Assembly (NCBI GenBank): GCA_050575255.1
Contig: JBNZDD010013653.1
Span: 944,469-1,008,468 of the forward strand
From: Harriotta raleighana
Lineage: Eukaryota
Length of the DNA: 64,000 nucleotides
Reading direction: 5' to 3'
In this document: one piece after another, positions 25,476-36,488 of the stretch
Numbering within the stretch: the stretch's first letter is position 1
How the letters are laid out: each line of letters opens with the position of its first letter
Notes under the pieces: model-generated
Databases searched by the model: none
What the model was told of the DNA's origin: nothing
The model's input: only the letters and a program-made list of their open reading frames with translations
Made by a program: the position numbers and the translations under genes

Positions 25476-25777
25476 TTAACCTCCACCTGAACAGGTACTG
25501 AAGGACAACATCTCCAACAAACACAGCAAATCCGCCCAGCACTACATTGGTCACTTTATTAGCTACATGTTAGCCTAAACTGTGAGTCTCAAACTCGCAT
25601 AGGGCCTGAAACCACAACCTTCTGACACTGAATTGGGAGTGCTACCAAGTGACCTTACTGAATGACTCGATGATAATAGGTCATAAAATATGTACACTGT
25701 GTTAATTGTAATAATTCCTTTCTCAAGACAACAACCAAAGGATCAAATACTTTCTAGTCTCTTTCTAAAGGCATTAT
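25340..25777. repeat. Perfect 73-bp inverted repeat (25340-25412 / 25705-25777)
   Basis: ATAATGCCTTTAGAAAGAGACTAGAAAGTATTTGATCCTTTGGTTGTTGTCTTGAGAAAGGAATTATTACAAT is the exact reverse complement of 25705-25777. Confidence 0.95.
25476..25655 (-). mobile_element. Deu-domain SINE 5' fragment
   Basis: TTAACCTCCACCTGAACAG..CTCCAACA..CAACCTTCTGACACTG..GAGTGCTACCAAGTGA, the reverse of a tRNA head plus Deu remnant. Confidence 0.6.
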
Positions 25778-25797
25778 TGTGGCTAATTCTTCTTAAG

Positions 25798-26160
25798 AAC
25801 AACAACAACTTGCACTTAGATAGTGCCCTGAATTCAGGGTAGCGGGTGGTGGATGGGGTGTGTTTGGGTCGGGGAAGGTGATTTTAAAAACGCTCCAAAG
25901 GAAAGGTTTTCAGGCGGGATTTCAAAAGGGATTTGAGAGGGGGAAGGTGGTGGGATTGAGGGAGAGTGTTCCAGAGTTTTGGGGCTGAAAGTGGGGTGGA
26001 GGAGACGAAGGATGAGGTAGGTTGGAGGGTACGAAGGATGAGAAGGAGGCTAGTGCAGTTAAGCGGAGACTCCGGGTGGTGGATTGGGTAGTAAAGGAGA
26101 GGTATGGAGATGCCAGACAATGAAGGGATTTGAACACGACAAGATGACAGTTAAAGGTGC
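25798..26160 (-). mobile_element. L2 LINE 3' fragment
   Basis: (AAC)n tail, then minus-strand translations FKSLHCLASPYLS and SAPKLWNTLPQ..LKTFPLER. Confidence 0.85.
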
Positions 26161-27194
26161 CTGAACCCATTCTTTGGAAAACACATTGGGTCTGAAGTGC
26201 TATCTTTTGGGCAAGTACTCTTCAACCATTTGAACAGAGTGTGTGCTTGTGGGAAGAGTTTGCAATTGTTTCAATTCTAATTGTTACAATACAGCTGTCA
26301 GCCAGTGGGAAAATAATTTGGTGTTATTTATTTCAATATGATTCAAAGTTAATCGTCAAACATCCCGCTGCTCTTGAGGGCCAAGCAATTATATTCATCT
26401 GACTTCTGTAGTGATGTTAATTTTGTGTAGATCTGATATGTAAATGTTTCTGGAGACCTGTCTTTCCCCTGTTCCCAAATGAGGAAATGAGTGAAGAGTT
26501 CTACCCTTGTGATAGAACTGAAGGGATTTCATCACTGATCCCCATTAATATGAATTGTTGAGATGACATTACTCAGCGTGGACTGGCTCCAGAATCTGGG
26601 ATGACCTGCTGTCTAGGGCTTTGCGGTACATGGAGGTGGAAACAGTACTTTTTCCCCCTTTTTTCTGAAGATTTGATTTATGTGCATTTTGAATTTCCAA
26701 ATCAGTAGGTCCCAAATTTCATCTCGTCTTAGCTTGTGAGACAGCTTTGACTTTTAAAACCTATGAATGTTTCAGCCTTTCTTTTCACAAGTTCTTCAAT
26801 TCTAAGAAAATATGGTCTCATGTTCAAGCTTAAACTTGGTGAAATGTTCTGCCACCTGAAAGTCTGTCGCCTGGGCTCCCTAGAATTACAGCGATCGTCT
26901 TATTTAAAAATAGTTTTTTATATAATAAAAAGCATTTACTTGCTGTCATTTTATCTAAGATTCTATGCAGAAAATATTTCAAATTCAAGAGGGAATTGGG
27001 TAGCTGATCAACAACCAAAGTGCCTCAGGAGTTTAAGAGATGCAGTACTGTTTGATATTTTCATTTGGTAAATGCCAGATAGCTACAATCCTGTGTGCTC
27101 TTTTGCTCCTATGCAATGTGCATCAGCAGCATCTCACATTCCTAAAAGTAAAGCCATAAAAATTGATCTCATATTTGTTTGGGGTTCATGGGAC

Positions 27195-27450
27195 TGGCCA
27201 GTCTGATGGCGTAAACTGCATGGTTCTTTGCAGAACAAATCTGTTAAATTCTGAAAACTGGACGACAAGCAAGTCAATGATCAGCTGCCATCAAAAACTT
27301 ACACTTTCTCCATCCGCTTTGTTGACAAATGATGGAATCAGTCATTAAACTCATCGACACGGTTTACTGCAGGCCGACACTTGCTGATATGTTTTCAGGG
27401 TTCAACAGATGTTGAGATGTCCCAGAACCTGTCAATACGTCAACAAACAT
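27195..27450 (+). repeat. Tentative family Z, copy 2 (hairpin-rich)
   Basis: See 17075-17330. Stems TGATGGC/GCCATCA and TTTGTTGAC (27318-26)/GTCAACAAA (27439-47). Confidence 0.45.
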
Positions 27451-28195
27451 TTCGCTGATGCAAACATAATTGACAAACAGCAAGCTGTTTGCATGGGCTA
27501 TAAAGTGGATTGTTTTTCTAAATTATTGGCAGACACACTAATTATCAACTCTTGAGAGGAACTGGTAGTCAGATAGTGTTCTTTACAAGAGTTATTTCAA
27601 GCACTGTAGTGGATGTCCAGTCTATTTAAGATTATACGAGGTAGCAGCAGTAGTTCCACACAATGTTAGCAAATCCTGCTTATTTGCTTGTGTGCACCTG
27701 AGACAATTTCCTCCTCCCACTCTCTACCCCCCACCCCCCTCCCACATTGTTCCTGCCACTTCTCGGAAGCCACCCATGCACATAGCCCCAATCCCATCCT
27801 GCTTTAATGAATTTTCCTGTCCACGGATGTTTCATGGGTTGTTGAGTTGATGAATTTCACAAGAATAAAGCGGCACCTGCTGACAGGCAGCCTGTGATGT
27901 GGTTGGCTCACACAGGGCCATGTTAGGAACTGCCTGTATTTGGTGACAGATGCATGCAGGGCACCAGTTTGTTGTGTGTTCAGGCAATAAATTTGCGATG
28001 TTTCCACTCAGTCTCTTCTCCACCCGAACATGATCCTCCTTTATCTTGTGAAAAAGTGATTTGAATATGTATTTTGTCCTGGTCTGAGGAAACAATGAAC
28101 AGCACTGCCCTTTGATCATAGTTTCTCCGACACAGTATATTGTGATGATTGTAAATCCTCGTTTATTTTGATTCCAAGTTGCTCCAAAAGTTTTA

Positions 28196-28455
28196 TGGAG
28201 TCCTGTAGCGTATTGGTTAGAGCACGTGCCTTGCAAGTAAGAGGAGTTAAGTTCTTAGCCAAGTTTTCTTACTCCATACACCTCTGTTTACCTTGTAGTA
28301 AGTAGAAACCGGGGTTGTTAGGCGATTGGCGAGTCACTTTCTGGGGGTATTAAGCTGTTGAAAAATAAATAAATAAATAAATATTCTTTGAAGCACTTTG
28401 AGATGTCTCAAACACTTGATAAGACGTGGAAATGAAATGAAATAATAATTATTAT
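28196..28455 (+). mobile_element. tRNA SINE, long-body variant with internal deletion
   Basis: TGGAGTCCTGTAGC..GGTTAGAGCAC; CCTCTGTTTACCTTGTAGTAAGTAGAAACCGGG module; TGAAGCACTTTGAGATGTC tail. Confidence 0.8.
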
Positions 28456-30171
28456 AAGATTACTGGTTAACTGGTCATCATTATATTATCAATCTTCACT
28501 CAGTGACAACAACAAGACAAAAACTTAGTTATGTAACATCTTTCATGATTCAAAGTGCTTGCATGCCATTATTACTGACATTGTATAATGAAGATAAAAG
28601 TCGACTTATTTTAAAATCCAAAGTATTTGTTTTTCTTTACTGCATTGGGTGTTACTTGGATTTACTTTTTCACCAAAATATTGATACCACCTGCTAACTA
28701 AACAAACAGCCCTTTAGTTTACTTCATTACGAGTCCTTCCAATCAATGCACTCTCCATTTTAGTTGCGAAGGTGGCTGGGGATCTGTCACTGACAGAAGT
28801 GAAAATGAGCAAGCTATTAATCTCATCTAAACAGAAAATGTAGAGTTAAGTTCTTCAACCAGAAACTAAACATTCACCTACAAAATGCATCATAGTCACC
28901 AGACTTACACTAGAGTACTGTAAATCCTGTAAAGTAATTTGAGACACTATCCTGAGTGAAGGGCACTACACAAATGTAAATTCCTGTTGCTGTTGAGAAA
29001 GTCTCCTAAAATGAAAAGTGCAGTATTACATGCAAGGAGTATTTTTATTTATTTTAATCAGCTAAGAGCTGTTCAAAATCAACCAAACCCCTGAGTTTGA
29101 AAGCTTAAATTCACTGACACGTAAAGTGCTGAACTCTGTCAACTATAGAATGCTGCTATGGCCTTCTTTGTCTTCAGTCCTTGACATTCACTGCTCATCA
29201 GCTCATTGCTACTCTTGTAATATTCCTTAATTGTGGAGACAAGCGATTGAGAAGTAATAAGTGGTAAAAGGGGTAAAGGTGTAGAGTGCAAATGAGAGGG
29301 AAATGGCAAGAGTTTCGCGAGCATCGCTGGGGGAAAATCTCGGTGATAGCTTAATAGAAGTGACTCTGACCCACTCCCAGACTCCATCCCGGTATATTAT
29401 TTATTCCATCACAACAGAATACAGGAGAACCCCAGGCTATTTATTTTGTTGGGGCTGGGTTGCATTTAATAAATTATTTATTGCCCGAACACCCAACAAA
29501 CTGGTGCCCTGAATTCATCTGTCACCAATTTTTTAATTTGTAAATTTGTTCTGCGGCTTTCATATTTGGATGAAGTGTTTTTTTAAAATCGCAAACATTT
29601 GCAAGATGTGTTTTTTCAGGAGATTACCACTTGGGGTCCTCAGAGTCATGTGACTTTAGCATCCTCTCTTCCAAGGTTCCTGCAGCTTTTGCAGCTGTAA
29701 TAACTAAACATTGTGAGATGGGAATCTGATCTAAATCTTGGGTTCCATGCAGTTAATGAGTGTCCAGTCAATTCTGGCATAATCCATTTTAGATATTGGG
29801 ATCTACTTTGTAATATTTCTTGGAAGATTTCTTAATAAGAAATTATTGAACTTGAACATCAAATGTGCCGAAGAATGTATAATTGAATTTCTATGATATT
29901 ATTGAATATGTTCTTCCGCATATTTGAAGTTTTGCAAATGTGAGTTACACATTTCTTATAGAACTGTGGTGACCAACCATTTTGATCAGCCAATACAATA
30001 TATTTTCTTCATTAAATTGTTAAAAAAAAACACAAATTAAATCATTGATTGGAACAAAGAATATCAAAATACTAGCAAAGTGACTAATTAATATTTAAGC
30101 ATAATATTCCAATAATTTTATTCTGATAAGATTGAAGAAATATTACTTCTTGCAGCATTAATATTTCTCAC

Positions 30172-30420
30172 AAGATCATAAGATCACCAGAGAGCTTTGG
30201 ATAATGAAGCCCCTTTGGCCCAGTTTTTAATTATCCTCTGGGTAAAGAAATGTTTCTTGGTGTCTGTCCTGAAATTACCATTTGCAACTCTAAACCTGTG
30301 CCCTCTTTTCTAGGTGTTTTGACACATCTGAAAGTATTTTTCTTTACTTTTTCAATCCCATTTGAACTCTTGTATACCTCCATAGGGTCCCCTCTAAAAT
30401 GCCTTCTTTTAAGACTTGCC
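30172..30420 (-). mobile_element. CR1 LINE 3' fragment
   Basis: Minus-strand ORF 30231-30434 SLKRRHFRGDPMEVYK..GIEKV; TCCTCTGGGTAAAGAAATGTTTC. Confidence 0.75.
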
Positions 30421-30747
30421 GATAATTGTTTCAAAATGCATCTTTATCTTGGTAATTGTAGTGTCAGTCTGCATTTAATGAAATTTGTTCCCTGTTTTAC
30501 CTTAATGTTGGTAAAAAAAATTCAATGGACAAATATAAATTTACAGTTTGATTAAAATTAAATCATGCCACATACTGGGTTAAACAATAAAATGTTAAAT
30601 TCCATGTGCTTTTCTTCTCAAAATGTTATTAATTTTATCATAATCCTTGTAGTAAGTAGGAACTCAGTGGGTAGTCGATTGGCAGATTGCTTTCCAAGGT
30701 TAGTAATTGCTCAATAAATAAATAATAGATAAACATAATACAGTATA

Positions 30748-31052
30748 ATACTAATCCTTTCATTTGATATATAGCTTTTCATATCTTATCGATGTCTCAA
30801 AGTGATTCACAGAATATCCTGTAAAGTGACTTGACTGTGAAATGTGGCAGCAGATTGCACACAGCAGTGTCCGACAAACAGTCGTGGATTGAAATGAACA
30901 ATTTTTATTATTGTGTTTTTTTTTGATGGCTTATTATTAGGGGTGTGGAGTAAGGAAACTTGTCCAAGGTTTCGCCCTGATCTGCCTGGATTTGAACATA
31001 GGTCTCATATTTGTAAGGCAAGTGCTCTAACCTCTGAGCTACAGGAGCTCCA
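30748..31052 (-). mobile_element. tRNA-derived SINE (SINE2-1_CM-like), full length
   Basis: Reverse complement of 50401-50733, ending GAGCTACAGGAGCTCCA. A plus-strand long-body SINE fragment lies just upstream (~30645-30725). Confidence 0.9.
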
Positions 31053-31065
31053 CAAAAGATAGATA

Positions 31066-31408
31066 CAGTAACATCTCGTTTATCCGTGACCCAATCAACC
31101 GGATTGCTTGACCCCCTCCCGGGGCAATTCCCCATTCCAGAAATCACAAGTTTGCTCACTTTGCACATCTGTGCAATGCGTGCGCATGCACACTTATTAA
31201 ACTTACACATTTGGGTTTTTATCGAGTGTGCTAGCATGCTTTATTGGTAAATATCCATACAAAATTCTGTTACTATTTAGTGTATTATTAACATGGTATG
31301 TTTTAAAATAAGTAAATTTTTTATGTTGCGTTTTCGGCAACTTGTCCCCCGTTTATCCAGGACAGTCAATTAGTCGACCCCTCCCCGCCCCCCCGAGCGT
31401 GCTGGATA
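31066..31408 (-). mobile_element. Tc1/mariner (pogo/Tigger-type) MITE, related subfamily, running into the gap
   Basis: TA followed by CAGTAACATCTCGTTTATCCGTGACCCAATCAACCGG matches the reverse complement of the right end of the 44833-45356 MITE; interior ATGGTATGTTTTAAAATAAGT..GCGTTTTCGGC matches its left part; ends GGATA at the N gap. Confidence 0.8.
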
Positions 31409-31541
31409 NNNNNNNNNNNNNNNNNNNNNNNNNNNNNNNNNNNNNNNNNNNNNNNNNNNNNNNNNNNNNNNNNNNNNNNNNNNNNNNNNNNNNNNNNNNN
31501 NNNNNNNNNNNNNNNNNNNNNNNNNNNNNNNNNNNNNNNNN
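31409..31541. other. Assembly gap (133 N)
   Basis: Run of N. Confidence 1.
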
Positions 31542-31679
31542 CCACTGCTGTGTGCAATTGGCTGGTGCATTTCATCCCATATAATTAATCTATTCCTAGT
31601 ATATTCTGTGAAGCACTTTGAGACGTCTCAGTGATGCGATTGAGCATGATATCAAATCTTATGTATCAAAAGTATTAAT

Positions 31680-32085
31680 GTTACAACCCTTACATTTAGT
31701 ATAGCATCTTATTACATCATTGAGATGTCTGAAAGTATTTCATAGGATGTACTGTAAATTGTAGTGACTATGGATTTTGAGGATGAATGAGGCAGCTCCA
31801 CAAACAGCCAAAGAGGCAGCAACCAATTTTATCTGGGTGACAGTTGGTAAAGTCACTGGGACAAACCTCCTTCTCTTTTCGAATAGAGCCATGGGATCTT
31901 TAACATTCACGTGGGCAAGCAGACAGAATCTGTGTTTAATGTTTCATCCAAGGGATGCTGCAACAACGCAGCACATCCCAGCACTGCGTTCGAATGTTAG
32001 CATGGACCTTCTGGGTTACAGGTGGAGCTTGAACTCACAGCCTTCCGACTCGTGGGTGAGAGTGCTACCAACTAAATCAGGCCAT
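31680..32085 (-). mobile_element. Deu-domain SINE, near full length
   Basis: GCCATGGGATCTTTAACATTCAC..GTTTAATGTTTCATCCAAGGG (reverse Deu core) and CTTGAACTCACAGCCTTCCGACTC..GAGAGTGCTACCAACT (reverse tRNA head). Confidence 0.8.
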
Positions 32086-34109
32086 CATAATATTCTTCTG
32101 GTGTTTTGAACCTGAATGCTGGTTGCTGGGTTTTTCAATATGTGCTCAGTCTTGTCCACCAGCGAGAGTGCGGAGTTTATAAGAACCATTTTGAACATCT
32201 TTGAATGACAATCCTGTGGGTTTTTTTTAATAAGTAATGCTTTGCTGGGAAGCTCATGACTGACTGAATCTGGAGTGGTGATTACTTCTAGCAAATTGTC
32301 TCCGAATTCTGGTTACGCTCAACGGAGTTGTCATCTCTTGCCTAAATTTGTCTGAAAGATAGCGGTTCAGGAGACAAACTGCAATTAAAACTGCCATCCC
32401 TTGAAGTAGTGCTAACATTTCCATATCTTATTACAACACTGCAGAATTCTCTTGAATTTTCAAATTTTTACTGTTTAATAAATGCTTATCAGCCGCAATG
32501 TGTCCTGATGAATTGAAAACAGTTTGCGTTTCTCGCAATAGGCTGCCTCCAATTACCTCTCACATTACTGTCACCATCCTTTTCATTACCTTAATTACAA
32601 ATAATTGAACAGATTCTAAAATAATGAGGGACAGGCTCAGGATGGTTCAGCGGGAGATTACAAGACATCTTTCCCTGTCTCTGAATCAGGTAGACAAGTA
32701 GAAAAATGGTTTGCTTAATATTTTGCAACAGCAGATGAAAGCATGATACATTCTCAGTTCATCATTTTTAAGTAAAAATGAAAGCCTAATTCTGTGACCT
32801 GTGGATACGATTAGCATATCATTTTCTAAACACCCGAAAACTGCTCAGGAACTGATCTCATTAGCTTTTGTGTCAAAGCTTATGTCAGATATGCTACTGT
32901 GCCAGTCAGTTATACTCTATAACTAAAGAACTCTTACTATTTGAGTTTAAACCTGGATTTTGGACTTCTTCCTTTCAGTAGTCTAGTGGGTAAACACACC
33001 ACATAGTGCGGTAATAGGCACACAGGTTGCAGCCTGTTGCATACAGCTATGATGTGACATGAAGAATAGCTCACTTGGATGAGGTTCAGGGAGCCAGTTT
33101 GTGTGTCCCAACAAGTATCAATGCCTCCATGAGAGAAAGGGAGGCAGGGAAGGTGATTGGGGGGTGGGAGTGGGAAGCCTGGCATGTTTGCTGCAGGCCA
33201 GGAAAATAAAATGACAGCATCTGCCTGCCTTAGGAGACATCACCGGGGATGCCAAATGAAGTCACTCATTTGCTTCAGTACATTGGTGTTCAACGCATGA
33301 CTCTGGTGTCCGACTCTGCATGAGGATCTGACACATCACCCACTGATGCACTTTTAGTTGACTTCCATGGAGTGAAAATGACAGCCTTCCAGGAAAAGAT
33401 GGCTCCTTCTGGTTCTTGGATGACTCGAGAGGCTCTTTGTTTGATGAATGAGATCCTTTAAAACATGAAAGAAATAATGTGACACCAAATGAAAGAATGT
33501 GACACCAAATTAAAATTTGCATAATTGTATCACCAGTTATTAAAACATTAAATAATCAGATTGCACTGTGCAGTTTTCATGATCAGACAATGGATTAAAA
33601 CATAAAATTTGAATAAATTAAATGAATATAAGATAAAATAACTGAATTACATCTTTACCACTTCATCAAACCTACAGCTTGCATGCTCCTTAGCTGTAGT
33701 GTGTATAAATGGAGTGGGGTGTTGTAACATTTACAACTCATATCCTGGATATAGCCATGTAGAGAAGCTTTAACATAAGCTGTTTGACTAGATAGGGGAA
33801 ATGGAAGATATTCTGCTCTTCTCAGCAGTAACGCAATTGCAAAGTATCACATGAAGTTTGTTGGTACTTTTTGTGTTGCTATTTGTTGAGAATCCTCAGT
33901 CTCCAAATCAAGTCACTCTCATAAAATCAATTTTATCAGTTTGTTACAGTTTTGAAGAGTGGGTGGGAGAGAAGTAAATGGAATGTCTTTAACGCTGAGT
34001 TGGTTCCATGGTGATTTGCCTTTCAAATTGAATATTAGAATGAAGGTGATCCTCTGTGGCAATCTCAGGAGATCTGAGCCTGTTGGGTTAACTTCCACAT
34101 GTATGTGAA

Positions 34110-34966
34110 TCACACTCAACAGCCCTTCTCCTCCTCCAGCTATGACCCCCAGCCTTCTGAGGTTCTATCAACTTGTTAAAGGTCAACAAGATGTTACCAT
34201 ACTCTTTGGCTCCTGTCGACATCTTCTGCAGTTCCTGCAGTTCCAACCTCCTCAACCTACCCAATCTATCCTTAAAATTCTTTGAACCCATGCATAGGTG
34301 TCAGGTTCGATCCCCAGTTTTCCTTCCTGCCCACATCCAGTCTCCGACTTGGACTGCTTTCCTCCAACTCCCATCACATTGTCCGTCTCTGACAATACCT
34401 CCCTTCCCAAGCTGACAAAACTCTTGTCCATGCCTTTGTCACCCCTTGGCTGGACTACACAAACTCCCTCCTCATCAGTCTCCCTTCCTCCACTATTCAC
34501 ACAAACTCTGCCACCCACATTCTCACCCGCACTAAATTCTGCAGCCCGATTACCCCAGTTCTAGACACATTCCATTGGCTTCCTGTCACAGATTGACTTC
34601 AAGATTCTAACTCTAGTATTATGCTTTGGCTAGCTTTCCGACCTGCTAGTTTTCCGACCTCCTCGCTCCTCACAGCACTACCAGCTGCCTATGCTCTACT
34701 GACTCCATCCTCCTCCTTGAACCTCAAATCCTACGCTCCATCATTGGGGGCCATGCCTTTAGACACTATGCCTCAAAGCTACGGAACTCCCTCTCTCAAT
34801 CCCTTTGCTGTGCCCCCTCTTTCAGGTTGTGCCTAAAGACCTTCGTCTTTGAACATGCCTACATGTCACTTTCCCCTCCCGCTGGCTTGGCATCAGGCTC
34901 CACCATTGTTAAGCGCTCTGCGACATCACCCAGAGTGGAGGATGCTATATAAATTCAAGTTGTTGA
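34110..34966 (+). mobile_element. Old L2 LINE, fragmented, with 3' end
   Basis: AAATTCTGCAGCCCG, TCCATTGGCTTCCTGTC..GATTGACTTCAAGATTCT, GGAACTCCCTCTCTC, tail TTAAGCGCTCTG..GATGCTATATAAATTCAAGTTGTTG. The 5' part (34110-34520) is only compositionally L2-like. Confidence 0.7.
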
Positions 34967-35944
34967 CTGAAAGGCTCTGTTGATGAAGGACCAGTCAACC
35001 AGGTTCAGTTGGAGCATTTGGAGAAGATTAATCATAGGAGTTGGGATTCTTCCTACTTGATTCCAGTTAATGCTACAAGCAGATGCCCTAATAGGTGAAG
35101 TAATATTAATAATAATTAAATGTAATGAGAATCCATTCATTTGATATAGTACTTTATCACTTTGACCAAACATTTCACTGGAAACATTTCACAGGATTTA
35201 CTGTAAATTCTAATCAATGTGTATTTGTAAGCAAATGTGGCAGCCAATATATGACCAGAAATATCTCACTCACAGTTATTAAATGAATTACCAATTTTTA
35301 TCAGGTGGAGTGGTTATGAGGAAGCAATGTGCCTTTAAAATAATGAGAATCTTAAATGAAGTAGTAGTAAGCAGACTATTTGACTTGGACCAAACGAAAG
35401 TTCTGGAGAGGATAAATTTAAAATTAAAAAGTCTCAATGGGATTAGAGATTAGAGGATTTTTCTTCTTGCACTGTTGCTGCTCTTGTCAACTAACTCAAT
35501 TTAACTTCAAAAAGGATCTGGAAAAATATCCCTTGGATATTTTTATAGAAGGATATAACGTTCAAAATTGCAGTACTACTAATCACTTTATTGTTTGGAC
35601 ACCATTGGACACCAATTAAGGATACCTTTGAAATAGAGCACCTTTGTGGCTTTAAGTTTTATTTTAATAAATTTTTTCCCATGATAAAAATAATTCTTGC
35701 ATTTGCTGCACACCTTTCACTCAGGGAGATGTCTCAGAGCTTTTCACAGTATATCAAATACAAGGATTATTTACTCTAAAGTGTAGTGACTGTGCATGCA
35801 TATCCTATAAATATAAATATCCTATAAACAGCTGTGAAATAAATGACTAATTTTATCTGGGCAATTATTGGTCAGGACACTGGGAAAAACTTTTTTTTTG
35901 ACATCATTAATGTTCACCTGAAGAGGCAGTGACTATGGAGGTAA

Positions 35945-36488
35945 ACAGGGTCTCTTTGGAGCTGATTTGGCTCCAAGGAGATTAGAGGAGCTGAACTAGC
36001 TCCAAGGCAACAGAATGTCAAAATTGAATCAGCCCTCTATGTCTGTCTTGGTAGTCTGGTTCTTCAAACAGGCAGGTCTACAGTTTTTCAGGTCCTGTTG
36101 ATGACAGCACAGCTAGCCTGGCTCATCAGCAGGACCTGGAAGGGCAAACCAGTCACTGGGGATAGGAAGTGATCGCACTCAGCTCCTGTTAACCTTGCAA
36201 GCCAAAACCCCGATAGGTAGGGTGGTCTTAATTGAATCAGTAGTTTTCCACAGTGTAGAGCAAACTCTGGGGTACCCAAGCCTTGGCTCTTGGCAACCAG
36301 TTCCGAATACTTTCCGGAATTAAGTAAATAGTCCCTCCAGAGAGAGTGCGCATTCCATTCCAACAATCTATCTTTGGGATAGATGTGTGAAGGTGGGATA
36401 CATAAAAATCTCAACTTGGTTTGGATACTCTTAAGCATGGTGATGAGTTTCTGCTTGAGTTAGACACCGGACTGACCCCTCAAAAAAA
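35945..36488 (+). repeat. Family X, copy A (longest copy with an intact 3' end)
   Basis: Aligns with copies B, C, D and E along its length; 16-bp stem at 36089-36104/36123-36138; ends GTTAGACACCGGACTGACCCCTCAAAAAAA. Confidence 0.85.

Noticed and set aside
32495-32530. CTGATGA-ATT-GAAA hammerhead core
   Set aside because: No stem II and no pairing stem I.
33262-33455. Minus-strand acceptor followed by open frames
   Set aside because: No recognisable protein, no convincing donor or partner exons.
36088-36438. Minus-strand ORFs in family X copies with similar peptides (LLMSQ in A and C; MLK.IQ.K in A and E)
   Set aside because: Expected from DNA similarity alone; frames are not maintained across copies and no domain is recognisable.
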